64,000 nucleotides of DNA from Paraspadella gotoi (lineage: Eukaryota > Animalia > Chaetognatha), in NCBI GenBank assembly GCA_051294375.1, contig CM119265.1, positions 14,980,963 through 15,044,962 on the forward strand, read 5' to 3'. This document shows positions 13,201-26,500 of this stretch, one piece after another (the first letter of the stretch is position 1; the number at the start of each line of letters is the position of its first letter). The notes under the pieces are model-generated. The model did not search any database. It was not told where the DNA came from and worked only from the letters and a program-made list of their open reading frames with translations. The position numbers were made by a program, and so were the translations under genes.

Positions 13201-16200
13201 GCAAAAAACTGAAATTTCAATTTTTAAAATTTTTAAAATGTTGAAAGTGAAAACTATCTTCATGACATAGATAAACAATCTATAAAACAATACAGTACAT
13301 ATGCATGTCAAAAACCTTAAGTTGTCAGTGCTAAAATAAATAACAAAATGCAAAATTTTACATTTTTAGCATAACTTTTGTAAATGTAAAACCATCAGTT
13401 GGAAAGTTTATGGGTCATCCAAAGATGAGTAGTTGAAGTATCTTCAATCCGTTTTTGTTGTCTTAATAGGTTCATTTCGCTAAAATTACCAATCCCCATC
13501 TTACCCCATGTACCCGTCTTACCCAGTCTTCCCCTACGATTTTTAGTCGAATATTATTTTATAATATTATAAGCAATAAGATCTTTGTTAACAATGCTTC
13601 TCATCACAGGAATAGCAAACTCGAAGATTAAATGTTAAAACCTCTGGTGGATTAAAAGTTAAAACCCACTAACCGTTTCCAGCGGTCATTGGTGCAGGAG
13701 GAAAGTTATTCGCCTCCCAACCCAAAGGTCCGGGGTTCTAGCCCGACTCACAAAGGGACGGGGGACTTACCCCGCCCCTAACATGGTGTTACAGCCTGAT
13801 TCGAAGCTCAGGGACTGCTTATATTGAACGGTTCGATCACTCACTCATAACAATTATTCTGTCTCTTCAAACCTCGCTTTCATCGACGAAATGCCATCGA
13901 GAGTATGGAACAGGTTTTTGGGCTTGCATTAGGTAGAAATTCGGAAACTGCTTTGGATCATTATTTCCAAAAGCGTCCATGAAGAAAATTCTGAAATAAA
14001 ATCCTCCGAAGTTTAGGCCTAATTTAGAGTATTAGATTTTCCTTGGTTTGTAATTCTGAAAAACTAGACCTCCCACTTCGTTCTAGGTCAACGATTCGCC
14101 CATTGCAACATTTCCTTTTCAATGAAAATTTCCGAGCACAACTTACAAATCTGAGGGTTTGCCGACAGACGGTTTGACAGGGGAATTTTTTACGAAGATG
14201 TACAGACCATCCCTGCGATTTGAAGCCAGGTGCAAAGTCCACCTCGTAAAAACGTGCTCGGAAGTAAAGCTGCATAATAATTCCAACATATTTCCAAAAC
14301 CGAGCGACAACGGATTAATAGGAAAAGACGTTTTTTTGAGCAATTCATCTCCGAATTGTCCAAATAATATCCTAAAAATAAAACCGACACTATTAGTAGG
14401 TGTAGCCCAACTCAATGGGATGATTCAAAAATTTAGAGCGAGTACATGCTCAAACGAATATTTAGACATATTTAAGAATACTTTCAATGGACAAAAAATT
14501 TCTAATATGGCTCTATACCCAAGTAATTATTTTTGTAATATTTATTTATAGATACGAAAAGCGAAAAATTTTTTTCCTAATTTTAAAATTTTAAGACCAG
14601 ATTCAAATAGCTCATAAAAAGTTGTCTATACAAAATATAATTTTTAAAAATATATTTTTATGTAAAAAATCATCATCATCATCATCTTTCGATGATTTTA
14701 TCAGTTTTCACTTAGAAACCTTTAGAATTTTTAAAAGCTGTAATTATATTTCTTGTTTAACGATCGACTTGAAATTTTGTATTTGGTAGAAAAGTGTGTG
14801 ATTAAACTGGAAATCAAGTTTCGATGGAATCGTTTGAGTGGAAATGAGTTCAAATGGAAAAAACAAAAAAACTATTTCACTAATTGATTATGCTTCTTTT
14901 TCTTTTTCTTTTAAATGTAAATGCAAGATGTATTAATTAATCAAATAATTAATCAGTTAATTAATCAATTAGTCAATTAATTAATGAATAATTAATTAAT
15001 CAGTCAATAAATCAATCAAAACAAACATTTCGGATCAAATTAATTAATTAATTGCCTAATTAATTAAATAATTAACTTGAATAAATTAATTATTAATTAA
15101 ATAATTAACTTGAATAAATTAATTATTAATTAAATAATTAACTTGAATTAATTATTAATTAATTAATTAATTACCGAAAATGATCGTGGGCAGATCCGAC
15201 ATTGTTTACTCTAAATTGTTCCATTATTTGACCCACGTATCATCGAAATATTGAAAAACGCATTATTTTTTTATGGGCTATCTGAATCTGTTCTTAAAAA
15301 ATAAAATTATTATAAAATTTTTTTTCATTGTCTATGCATTGATAAATATTTAAATGCTTTAATGTTATACTGTGCTTCACGAGTTAAAAAAGTTATAGTA
15401 AATATTGATTAAGTATATGATGGACAAATGAATTTTATAATATAGAACTCTTAATGATAAAAAGTGATCAATTTTGGCTCGCCAAACACAATTTTTCTAG
15501 ATGCAATCTTATAATTTGAAGCCATTTCCATCATCACTTTGGCAGGGGCATGCCTTCCGGACTTAAACACTTAGGTTCTTGTTCTTTGTATATAATATAT
15601 ATATATATACAGTTATACACACTATATATACTAAGGTTTAGTAAAATTTCTAAATTTAACTTTAATTAAAATTCTAAAAGTGAGGAACGAACAACATTAT
15701 ACTAATGAACATTTATATTTAAAAAAAATTTATAAGAAATTTTACAATTTACGCAGTAGGCCATATTTATACTAGTACTATCCAATAAATGTTTAAATTT
15801 CAAAACAGTCTTTTCTAAGATTTTTTTGCAGATTTGGATTCGTCATAAAAAGTTGATAAAAAGAAATATAACTATTTTTGAAAAATTCCTTCATTAAGTA
15901 GGTCAAAAATTAGAAAAAACTATATTTTAAACTGAAAATTAACTTTTTATATATTAAATATAGTTTTTTTAATTTTTAACCCAGAAGAATTTTTAAAAAT
16001 GATTTATATTTTCTTTTATCAATTTTTGACGAGGAATTCAAATCTGCAATCAAAATTAAGAAAAGCCTATTTGAATTTTTTTGATTTTATAAGGATAGTA
16101 GTACTATATATAAATATAGCCTACTGCGAAAATTAAAAAACAAAATTAATTTTTTTACAAATTAATGTTTACTGACGGTATGTTGTTCATAATTGACTTT

Positions 16201-17672
16201 TAGAATTTCCGTACGTAAATTTCACTACGCTCTAATATATACTATATATTTTTTAAATAAATAAAAAATTTAAGTTATAATAAAACTGCTTAGTTTTTTT
16301 TTCATGTCTGATCCCATGTATTGTCGTACTGTACGTTGTAAATCAACATTAACTATTTATTTTTTTAGAAAAAATTCGAAATTCAAAACATAAAACTTTT
16401 ACCATACCTTATTTTTAAAAAAGTAACCTGATTTATAATTAATGGCTATTACAGAGCGTAAAAGAAAACTTGTCTACAATACCAGTCATTACGAAAAACA
16501 TTGCCTTAAATCTTATTAAAGTGGACAATAAAAACACATGCACTCCATTACTACGAATTATAAGAACCTGGGAAAATATTGAGGAATGAGACTGCTTTCA
16601 AAAATATCAATTAGTGCGTAGAATATTTGAAGGCTCTTTTCTGAATCCTTTGGGAAACACCGGTAAGGTGGAACAGGAACGATCGCGTGAAGCCCGACTC
16701 TATCACGAGCCGCCATGTTCACGATGTAGCTTCCATCAAGTTGAATGTTAAGGTTGAAGTTAGCCTGGTTCGCTAACAAAAACTCAATAATATTTTCGAA
16801 CTCTCCGATTTCCATCTTCCTCCCGTAAACGCTCTCAAAAACAGCCTCTAGCCGATCAAACGGAATGCCGCACGGAGTTTTTCTTAGAAGGAGGAGAAGC
16901 TCCTTCACCGTAGGATGAGCTTCATTTAGCTCGAGACAATCAACCTCTTGTACGGTAACGGCCTCATGTTGTAGCTTTGTCAGCGTGGTCTTATCGAAGT
17001 GATCGGTAACCTGTAGTTCGGATGCGGCCTTGTTCTTTAAAACCTTTGAATTATCGATCTTTTGTGCACCGTCCGGGGTAGTGAAGTCGCGCGTAAAACT
17101 CTTCCCACTTTTTACTTCTGTGCTTTTTTTTCGTCTAGCTGGAAAAACCTTTAAAAATCTGACTCATTAAAAATAGCGCTTTCAAAATACCAACTAACAT
17201 AACCTTAAAAGTCAAGCAAACTTACACGTCGCGGACCCCTCGCCTGACCCGATTCGACTTGACTCTTGTCGCACACAGAGAGTAGCCGGTTATCCCATTG
17301 TTTCTTAATCGATGGCTTCTGGTTGCAAAATGTAGACGGATGACGATTGGCGTACCATCGACCCTTGTGGAAAGTCGCTAATCCGAAGCGCATCATATCC
17401 TCGAGGTTACTAAATTTGTGGTCGCGGAAGGGAATATCTTCGCCGATTTGAGAGCGGTATGTGGTCGAGAGTTCTTCGATAGTCGCTCCGTCTTCGAAAG
17501 TATTCAGAACTGAATTTATTTTGACCCGCAAATCTTTCGAGGGGGATAGAGGCTGAAAAACTGGCTTGCAATTCGAGGGAGCCTGATCCGAGGCGATTTC
17601 GGAAAATGGCTCGTCAATATTGACGAATTCATCGTTCGTCCACGATCCGCTATCGGAGTTCGCTCCAGACAT
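7248..17672 (-). CDS. TDRD5: LOTUS/OST-HTH plus Tudor domain protein (TDRD5/Tejas-like, piRNA pathway), multi-exon
   Basis: LOTUS1 LRVKINSVLNTFEDGATIEELSTTYRSQIGEDIPFRDHKFSNLEDMMR and LOTUS2 KELLLLLRKTPCGIPFDRLEAVFESVYGRKM. A probable LOTUS3 is split between 16570 and exon 14147-14372 (PLSLGFGNMLELL). Extended Tudor: VYVSHIDDPNHFHLQ...FCRGRI...KVFWVDYGGVNFV...FLKHKFLDLPIQA. The terminal exon near 7248-7950 is assigned by position. Confidence 0.75.
8300..9145. repeat. Long imperfect inverted repeat with (GA)n/(CT)n tracts; probable Penelope-like pseudo-LTR relic
   Basis: About 8322-8520 is the reverse complement of about 8880-9105 (gtaaaggacagtggtcagatgtgaggacaggtgaaggtaag / cttaccttcacctgtcctcatatttgaccactgtccttt). 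Both outer ends carry GAGTCGAA(A/G)CATGTC, the 3' half of a hammerhead core. Confidence 0.55.
9640..9830 (+). mobile_element. Degenerate copy of tRNA-derived SINE (same family as 13681)
   Basis: Shares tcccaacc(c)aaaggtc, catggtg...gcct.at.cga.gctcaggga.tgc and the tail taacaattattctg with 13681-13871. Confidence 0.5.
9829..9995 (-). repeat. Fold-back insert containing a hammerhead 3' half (CCGAAACATGTC on the minus strand)
   Basis: Imperfect inverted arms gagataagaaa...aatgaacaaatca / tgatttgttcattg...tttcttatctc. Flanked by a duplicated taacaattattctg (about 9817 and 9996). Confidence 0.5.
10072..10323. repeat. Dispersed repeat of about 250 bp; second copy inverted at about 62980-63218
   Basis: aataaataagctatcttgcccctgactttgg.caggctttggtggtttaaggcctccatca.tcttacaagataatga is present in reverse complement in a lamin intron. 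Confidence 0.75.
11990..13536. mobile_element. TIR-bounded non-autonomous DNA transposon (pogo/Tigger-like MITE) with nested relics
   Basis: Left end taagggaagaccgggtaa and right end ttacccagtcttccccta form imperfect TIRs with TA ends. Internal subterminal repeats catcttaccc/catcttgccc/catcttatccc. Confidence 0.45.
12026..12066 (+). ncRNA. Minimal type I hammerhead ribozyme motif (Penelope-like)
   Basis: CTGATGA-A-GCTC gaaatct GAGC-C-GAAAC ATGTC, with palindromic stem III ACATGT and a GUC cleavage triplet at 12060-12062. Stem I is only about 2 bp. Confidence 0.6.
13681..13871 (+). mobile_element. tRNA(Gly)-like SINE
   Basis: Box A-like TGGTGCAGGAGG, anticodon-arm-like TTCGCCTCCCAAC and box B-like GGTTCTAGCCC, followed by a non-tRNA body. 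Second copy at about 9640. Confidence 0.55.
14765..15220 (+). mobile_element. Helentron/DINE-1-like non-autonomous element fragment (same family as 35610-37085)
   Basis: Shared core gtagaaaagtgtg.gatt.a.ctgga.atcaagtttcgatggaatcg, (aatt/aatc)n tracts and a 3' subterminal gggcagatccgacattgttt. Confidence 0.5.
15620..16250. mobile_element. Palindromic fold-back/MITE element (related copy at about 19920-20450)
   Basis: Long inverted arms, e.g. cgcagtaggccatatttata...tagtacta vs tagtacta...tataaatatagcctactgcg, and gcagatttggattc vs gaattcaaatctgc. Confidence 0.55.
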
Positions 17673-17880
17673 CAGAAAAACTTAAATTAATAAATTAACA
17701 CGACCGGATTTTAATTTTAACTAATATAGAATAATTAATAGCAGTTTCCAAAGATAGCTAATTTTCTAACTTTTTTAATACAGTGCTGGAACAAAGCATC
17801 CAAATAAAAAAATGTAATTTCAACAGAAACAATTGTATTGAATAAAAACTTTATAACAAAACATTTTATATTAAAAATTA

Positions 17881-20800
17881 TTATCGTCGCCCTCTTTTCG
17901 GCATTGCCGGTGTTGCATCGTAATCCTCGTCGCTACTGCTGTCATATGCGTACTTCTTCGTTCGACCCCGAAGGTTCGATTGGCGATTCTACCATATTGA
18001 TACAAAATGTCAAACAACCTTATAGGCATAAAAAATAATAATAACAGGCTTACCTCGTCCATAACTGCTTTTGGAGTTGTATTCGAAGGCCTCGGTCGAG
18101 AATCTTCGTCGCTATTGTCGATGGCGATAACCGACCTCGCACTAAGTATTGAAACATGAAGGCGTGAGATGACCGATAAAAACGGTTTATCAACAAATCG
18201 TTTTTAATTTTACTTTAGCGATTTACAAGGTGACGCTCTGAAACTCGCCGCTAAAAAAAATCGTTACTTATAAACTTATAAATATTTTTTTTAATTTGAA
18301 AGATTTAAAAAAAAATAAAAACCAAAATCATTTATATATCCAAATTTTATATCGATTGGTTATGATTTGACTTAGTAATGAGCAAAGAAAAGTTAAAAAT
18401 CGTCATTTCAAAACTTATTATATTACATTATTTTTAATTATGCTATTATTTTTATATTTTTAAAAGCTTTTAAAATATATTCTTTTTTATTTAAAACTTT
18501 AAAAAAAGAAAAAAAAAGAAAGAAGCTGGACAGAAGAAGAAGAAGAAAAAGCAGAAGAAGAAGCAGAAGCAGCGATGTAAAAAAAAGAAAGCGAAATATA
18601 ATTAAAAGAGAGAGAGAGCAACATATATTTAAAAGAGAGGGAGATATAGATCTGGACAGCTGAACTCGTCTATATATATAAAAATTGTTTGTAAATAAAA
18701 ATGAGTGGAGGAATATAAAACATATGAATTTAAACGATCTTGCTGATTAAAAACTATATTTAATTTTTTAGCTTCCTTTGGTTACACACACAAGCTATTT
18801 TTAATGTTAAAACTGCGTGACAATGACGACAACGGTCAAAAGAAGCCGAAACGAATTAACATCTCGCCCAAATTAGGCATTCGCCAGTCTGGCGAGATAA
18901 AAATATAAAATATCCAAAAATATAAAATTAATCTTAAATAAATCAAATTTCTTGATATTTAACTTTGTTGCGGAATACTTCATTTTAAAATCACTGCTCC
19001 TAAACGAATAACCCAATTTTGATAAAATTAATACTAAATTCCTTATATTTTAATAAATTTTATTTTATTTTATAATTTTTTTAAAAATTCAAATATACAG
19101 GGTAATTTTTAAAAGCTTAAATAAAGTGGCGTGTTTTTTTACACATGACTGTATTGGTGTAGCCACTGTTTTTTTTTTTTGTGAGACTAAAAGCGTACTT
19201 GGAATTTTTGCTCGATTGCGAGAGGAAATCGTTAATGTGAGAGGAATGGAGATCGACGACGGTTCGACCTCGTCCTCTTCCTCTCCCACGACCACCCCGA
19301 GATCCACGACCACTCTGAGCACCTCTCGACCCTCTGGCTCTGGGCGAAACGCTAGACTTAACTTGGAGGTCGTCATTATCGATGTCCTGGATACGAAAAA
19401 CAACGATGGTTTCCATGAGTATTAAGGCGAAGTGAAAGTTGCCGATCAAAATTCGAACAGTTGAAATTCGAACAGTCTTGTACTAGAGAACATTGATATT
19501 AGGGCCAATCTATGTCAATGGGGTGGGTCAGAAATTTGATTTGGGAACCATCCCAAATGAAACTTCAAACATTTTTGAAAAAACTTTCAATGGACCAAAA
19601 TTTTTTAAAATGGCTCGAAGCGCTAGTTATTAATTTTTTAATATTTATTTTTAGATAAGAAATGTCAAAACATTTTTTTTAAATTTTATATTTTTAAAAG
19701 AAGATTCAGATATCTTATAAAAAGTTGTAGGTCAAAATTGATAAAACCTTAAAAAATTATCATCATCATCATCATTTTATGATAATTTCAACACTTTTTG
19801 CGAATTTTCGGTAATATAATATCAAATTTTTTTAAAAATGTAATTATATTTTTTGTTTTAACTTTTTGAGCTCTATCAGAATCGATTAAAAAACTTAAAA
19901 TATTAAAAAAAATTGTTAACATTATATAGCAATATAATAATTTAAATTAGTGAATTACTCAATACTCATGGTTCGGAACATTTTTTCAAAAAAATATTTT
20001 AACACGTTAATAAATACCGATAATGGATTTATTTAATGCTGTTCCTATTACAATTTGAATTTAGTCGGATATAACAAAAATTGTTTTTTAATTTCTCGAT
20101 TTTCGCATTAGAACATATTTATACAATATACATAGTACCCACCATAGAAAATGTCAAAATTTTAAAATGTTTTTTTATTATTTTTGAAAGCAGATTAGAA
20201 TTCCTAAAGAAAAGACAATTATTTCATTAACTTTTCTTGAGGAATTCGAATCTTCTTTTAAAAATAATAAAAAACCATTTTAAAATTTTGAAATTTTTTA
20301 TAAATATGTATAAATATGGACTGTACGAAAATTGAAAAAAAATTTTGTTATTTAAAAATGTTCACAGGTACACCTGTTCATGATCTACTATTCGAATTTT
20401 GATTCTCCTTTATTTCAATATTTTTGCTATGCTTTAATGAGTATATAAGTAAATGACCACATGAAATCCGCAATACACACCATGTCTGCTTCTTGACAGC
20501 GTGCCTTCATTACCGACGTTTTATGCTTATTTGACTCGCACAAAGAAGCTTTCAAAACGTCCTGCTCATCTTTAAGTATGTCACTTTGTCCATTCTGTCT
20601 TTTCTCTGGTAAAAAATAAAATATTGATTACTGTAGATCATTTGGAAAAAAAACCCATAGAACAAACCCCCCCCCCAAAAAAAAATACCAGCTAATTCTC
20701 GTATGTCCTCTGCCACGCCCTCTTTAGATATCGTGCTCAGATTAAGTCTTTTTTCTAACTTGGTGGCCATATTTTCAATTTGTCGAGTGACGTAATCGTC

Positions 20801-23107
20801 AATGGCACCGCCGACGCCCTTTTCAACGTACTGGGCCATGGCCTCGGTAAGCGGTTTTTCCGCTTGCACCAGCAGTCTGTCTTTAACGGGGCGATTATCT
20901 CCTTGCAAGCAGCGCACCACAACGTCTTTCATGCATCCAACCGAGTCCGCCGTCAAATCATCCAGTTCCAATTTGACGGAGGCCTTTTCCTCCTTAACGG
21001 CACGAGGTTTCGACAATTTAAATTGAATAATGTCCTTTGTATTGGCGACTTGGCCTAAGCAAATATACAAAATCGCAATATATAATAATTTATAAACGAA
21101 TTTACATAAAGATGAAAGAAAAAATGTTTTCAACGCTTTCAATCGCTCTGACCTTTGAACTGCTCGCCGAATCGATAAAGATTAAAGGTTTCAAAAGCCC
21201 CGTTTCCTGACTTGAAAGCGCGATTGACACGAAGACGAATCAACGGCTCTTTAGGCTGACTCGGTTTCCGCTCACTATCAGCTAATAGTATGAGCTTTTC
21301 CACTGCACTACGACAAAACTTTTCCACCTACGAAGAACAAAGTATAAATCATTTATAATTTCGGGATAGCGTAGATGTAGCTAGTTATTTACTGACATGT
21401 TCCTTCCGAGTTCGTTCGGTCTGGTCTTCCTTAATATGGTCGTACAGTGTAACATCTTTCCAGTAAAACTGTCGCACGGTTTTCAGCTCAATCGGGGTTA
21501 TTTTAAAATTTTTCCCTTTCACCTAATAAGTAAGGCAAAGAATAGTATATTGTTATGCGAAGGGACAAAGTTGAAAATATCAATTTTATTTGAACTAGAA
21601 ATAATGAGGACTTTTTTAAGGGAACTGATATCGCAATAAGTTGTAGAAGACGTTTGGAAATACATTGCATGTGTAATAAAAATGAAAAACTGCAGAACCT
21701 ACACGAAGAATCCCGACGTGCTTGGCGGCGGTTTCGCCTTCGCACAAACTTGTGGCAATGGAGCTACCCGGTTGAGTAACGAAAAAGTCTTGGCTTACGT
21801 TCTTGACCGGGTTGATCTTAAAATACAAAATATAAAACGGGAAGAAGAGTTAGGCCACATATTTCTAATATTTGTAATATGAAACCGTGACTCATACCTG
21901 GCAATCGTGCTCATGACCCCAAAAAATAAGATCCATAGATCGGTCGATACTCTCCTCTGAGACGTAAGAGGTATCTGTATGTCTGAAGAAAAAAATTTTA
22001 AACGTCACAAAGCTCTACATTTTGGCTCAATGAGCAAAAAATGTGTAACCTGACGCGATTTTGATGTATGACAAATATGTTGAACCAATCGTCTCGAGCA
22101 TTTCCAGGCTGTTGCATGAGATGGACCTATAAAGGAAAAATTGAAAACAGGGAATAGGAAGGAAATGATAAAAAAACACTTCCCCAGTTTGAGTTGAATC
22201 CAATAACTTAACTAAGTATGTAGTTTCCCACCAATATACCTTGTTTTCTCGCCAAAGTCGATGAAGACGTTCTTCTCTGAGCGCTCCCAAACCGAAAACA
22301 GCTAACTTAGTGGAGCCTTTTTCAAAAAGTATAGGGTGAATGCGAACTTCTTGAAGATTAGTCTAAGAGCGAGTTTATTTCAAATTTATACTTAAAGATT
22401 ATCGCGAATATGTTTCAAGGGTTAAGTTACTTGTCTGCCAAAGTAATTGATGAAACCAGCATCGGCAAGAGTATTTAGTACGCTGAGCGTCACACCAGCG
22501 TTGGCTGCACCGCAACCTTCAAAATAAATCATAATTAGCATTTTGAACATTTTGTTATAAAACAGTTTAATTCGGCTTAAAGTTTCACCTGTAGGGTCGT
22601 CGTGGTTTCCGTGAATGGAAAAAACAGGGATGGCCACGTTTATATTTGGATCCAGGTAATTGGGCCATGGTCTTGAACCGTGGGCCTCGAAGTTAACCGA
22701 ATGATCACTGACTATGTCGAATTCTACATCCTTGTCACCCCACGTGTATTCGCGAAGGAGTTGGATGCAGCTGAATGTTCGCGCATTAACGAAAAATTAC
22801 AATCTGAGGCACCTAGGCACTCTATCAACGATTATCACCGATTAACTATGTGCCTCGGCGGACGGTTTTCGTGAAATAAATCTCCGCCCAACAGGATGAA
22901 ATCGACCGTTTCCTCTTTTCCGATTCGTAAAATCTCCTCGAAGGTTTCCAAACTGTCGCGACCTCTGAGCTGAGAAAGAGGTACAACGTGTTAATCTGGC
23001 GAAATTCTGAAAAATGGAGCCTCCTTTATCTAAACCTCGTGTTTGTGCTGATATCCTAAATGTACATCCGTGGCGAGCAAGATTTTAAATTCGTTCGGGT
23101 CCGTCAT
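17881..23107 (-). CDS. MRE11: Double-strand break repair nuclease MRE11, multi-exon
   Basis: [18 protein letters not shown]; [16 protein letters not shown]; [15 protein letters not shown]; IFWGHEHDC; [16 protein letters not shown]; PLIRLRV; [10 protein letters not shown]; GAR motif [15 protein letters not shown]. The last exon ends ...PKRGRR* at 17881. Confidence 0.95.
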
Positions 23108-23535
23108 TACTAATCCAAACAACAAAGTTTCCTCTTTGATCCGACGCGAAGTTAAGAATCTATGCGCATTACAGTAAAGATTGCTTTCGCTGTTTGAAAA
23201 TGGCAAACAGGATCTAATTTGAAATGTCTAGGACCTCTACGTAATCTTTATGAAAAAAATGCGAAAGGTAACTGAGGATGAATCCCATGTATCTACTCTC
23301 GAATATAAAATCGTGGGAACAAAAAATTTGAGAATAAGAGTTGGGGGAATTAACATGATTCGCAAAATGATTAGCATTGGCGAAAAAAGTTCGACAATTC
23401 TATAAGCGTTCCGAGAACGAATAGTCTTAAACCATTATCCATTTAAAGAAAACAATGGACAAAGTCAAAGAATTGGGTGATGCAACGGGATTCTTGAAAC
23501 ACACACAGAAAAAAAAAAAAGTAAAAAAAGAGACT

Positions 23536-26500
23536 TCACTTTCTGGATTTGGAGTTGCCGCCCCTCAAGAAAATGCATTTTCGCAATTTGCATATTTGTC
23601 TAGCGGTGGCTCGGTTCTTGCATTGCTGACATTCACCGCAACTCTCCTTTATTTGACAAGGGCCGCACGTGCCGCAACGGCGTCGTTTGGGCGCCGTAGA
23701 AGATCCACCGACGCCGCCGTTTGAGTCGTAAGCGATACGATTGACTCCGATAACCGAGTTTTCGGCGGCTCCACCCCCAAAGGCAGTAGAAGCGGACCTT
23801 TTGACGCCACCATTGTTGACGAGACGTTTGACTACGACGTTACTGATTCCAGACGACAGACCGTCCGTGACGGCGCCCGACTGCGAAATTCCTGGGCTCA
23901 AGGCGTCGTCGTATTCTTCATCGTCGCAGTCATCGTCATCATCGAGCGGAAAAGAAGTGGAGGGTGAAGGATCCGGATCGGGAAATTCGCCTAAGGCACT
24001 CGGGGGCAAGTGATCGTCTGAGACATCAAGATCTTCGTTGTCGTCGTCTTCGTCTAGCCGGACGACGACGGGAGGGACGTTTTCTCGCTTGGCAAACGGG
24101 TGACGGTTGCGCATGTGGACGTAGAGGTCAGATCTGCGACGGTACTTTCGTGGACAAAGGTGACAACGGAAGGCCGTTTTGACTGGAGCGTGTACCACCA
24201 TCATGTGGCTCTTGAGATGGTGGCTCTGAGTGAACGTTTTATCACAGTGCGGGCACGTGAAAGGTCGCATCTCAGTTCTGTGCGTGCGAATGTGGCGAAG
24301 GAGTTTATCGCTGTGCGAAGTGCGGAAGGCGCAAAGGTGACAAGCGAGGGGCAAGGAGGACGGTGGAACGCTTCCTGAAAAAGTTTAAGAAACATGGAAT
24401 AATATAAAATTCGAAATCTTTCGACATTCGATTTTTGAAGCTCACCTTCGTCTTCGAGATAGTCCCCGTCGCTCCCATCGTTCAAACCGTTCGCCTCGAC
24501 GTCTTCTTCAATCTCCTCGCGATCTTCCGATTTTCTCTCCTCTCGGTTTTCGTGCACTTGCGAACAATGAATTTCCAAGTCTTCAATCAAAACGAACCTA
24601 GCGTCACATTCAGCGCAAGGATACAGGCTTGACCCGGACGCCGATGCTTCGTCCCCATTCAACGAGAGAAAGTCGGCGTCGAGATTTCCCGTTGGAGCGT
24701 CGAAAGTATCGACGCCTCCCGATCCCGGATCATTAGGGATTGCTGACCGTAAATTGTCTCCGTCGGGACTGACGTCTCTGGAAGACGAGGGACGTGGCTC
24801 GTTGGCGTGAGCGATTAACTCGTGGCGTCGTAGGAGGCTGTCGCTTCCAAACTGCCGATCGCAGCCCGGAAAGTCACATTGAAACAGGAGCTGTTGCGGT
24901 TGCTGTGTCTGCAGCGACAGTTTAGGTCTCGCGTGGGAGAGGCGGTGCTGGTTAAAAAGGTACTCTGTTCGCGCGACGTGACCGCATAGCACGCAACGGA
25001 AGTCACCGAACCGAGAGGCAGACTCCGTGAAGGGACGCCTAACCGAAGTGCTTGGAGTCGTTTTTATTTTAATAGAGACCCCCTCTCGAATGCCTTCAGA
25101 GGTTCCACCACCTTCGCGGCCCTTTTTCAAACCGTTCTTCAGATGCGTTTCGTTCAAATGTGTCACCAAATCGTCAAGTTCTGCATAAGATTCCGTGCAA
25201 AATCCGCAGGAGTAAGGCTTTTCTCCAGAAGCGGGTGGGGACAACTGGTTCGGTGACTTAAAAATTTGGACGGGCTTCGACGCCTCTGAGCTGAAATCAG
25301 GGTCCTGCACTTCTTCGTCAAAAACGACAGGTTCTGCGGAAGTAATGTCTGTGGGGGAAAGCAACGACAAAGCTCGAGATTGAGAACCTCCGTTTCGATC
25401 CCCGCCGCCGTTTGACAAGAGACTGATCCTATGCTGAACGCCCTTCAACAAGCTATATGCGCCTCTATTAGGCTGCGGATGCTGCTGCTGCAGCATATTG
25501 AGGGATTTGGAAGACGAGGATGGAAGAGAAAGGCGCTTGATCTGTTCCGGCGGATTTGAGACTCTGGCTATTTCGGCTGGCAACAAGGAATGGCGAACAT
25601 ATCGGGTGTCTCGGAATCCGTCGTCAAGTTCGTCGATACTTTCAGGGAGACGCTTGACCGCCGCCGCAAATGTGTCAGTGTCGCGCCCGACGCCAACGGT
25701 GACGCCGCCGTCCGCATCCGAAAGTTGATTGTCGTGGGCAGATAGTCTGCCCTTTCCCTTCAAATAGATGCATTTTCGATATTTGCAGATTTGCCGGGAC
25801 GTAGCCCGGTTGCGACACTGTTGGCACTCGCCGCAGGACACTTTGACTCGGCAGGGGCCGCAAATACCGCAGCGTTTTCTCTTACCGCTGGGTCCCTGCT
25901 CTAGCATGACACCACCGACAGGGTTGTTCTCCATTTGCTGCTTCACCCACGAGTCGACGTCGTAGTCGAATTCGGGCGCTCGTCCCTGGCTATTGGCGGA
26001 CACCAGTCCTGGGGCAATGGAAGGCGGAGAAAGAGAACCGTCTATGCGGTCATCGATTCGAGGCGAGGACGAGGTCCGACTTCGCTGTTCGGCTTCGCCG
26101 GCATCGTCGGAAGCGTCCGAGGTCCGCGGTCGCCGACGAAATCGTCGCATGAAGCGGCACATTACTTTGCAGACTTCGAAAGAACCTCTGATAGTTGCAA
26201 CGGCTTCGAGGAGCTCGATTAAGTCCTTTGGGGAGTCGACGCTAACTGGCCCGGTGAAAGATGTTATGTTGTGACCGCTCAAGATGTATTCGAATAGACC
26301 GAAGTCAGGACGCCATGGATTCAGGTTGAGGTCCAATTCAGGCGCAGGGCGTAAAACCAAGTGTTTCCTCCACGACGATTCTTTCGTATCAAAATCCAAT
26401 ACTACGTGAGTGAAGCAGAGGCCCATAAGAGGCCCATGCGACAACATCGTAGCGCTCCATCCTCGCGGAAGTATTCCGTGGTCTAGGGCAGACAAGAGAG

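Noticed and set aside
13681-13752. Functional tRNA-Gly gene
   Set aside because: The acceptor and anticodon stems do not pair properly, and the sequence continues into a repeated body, so it is called a SINE.
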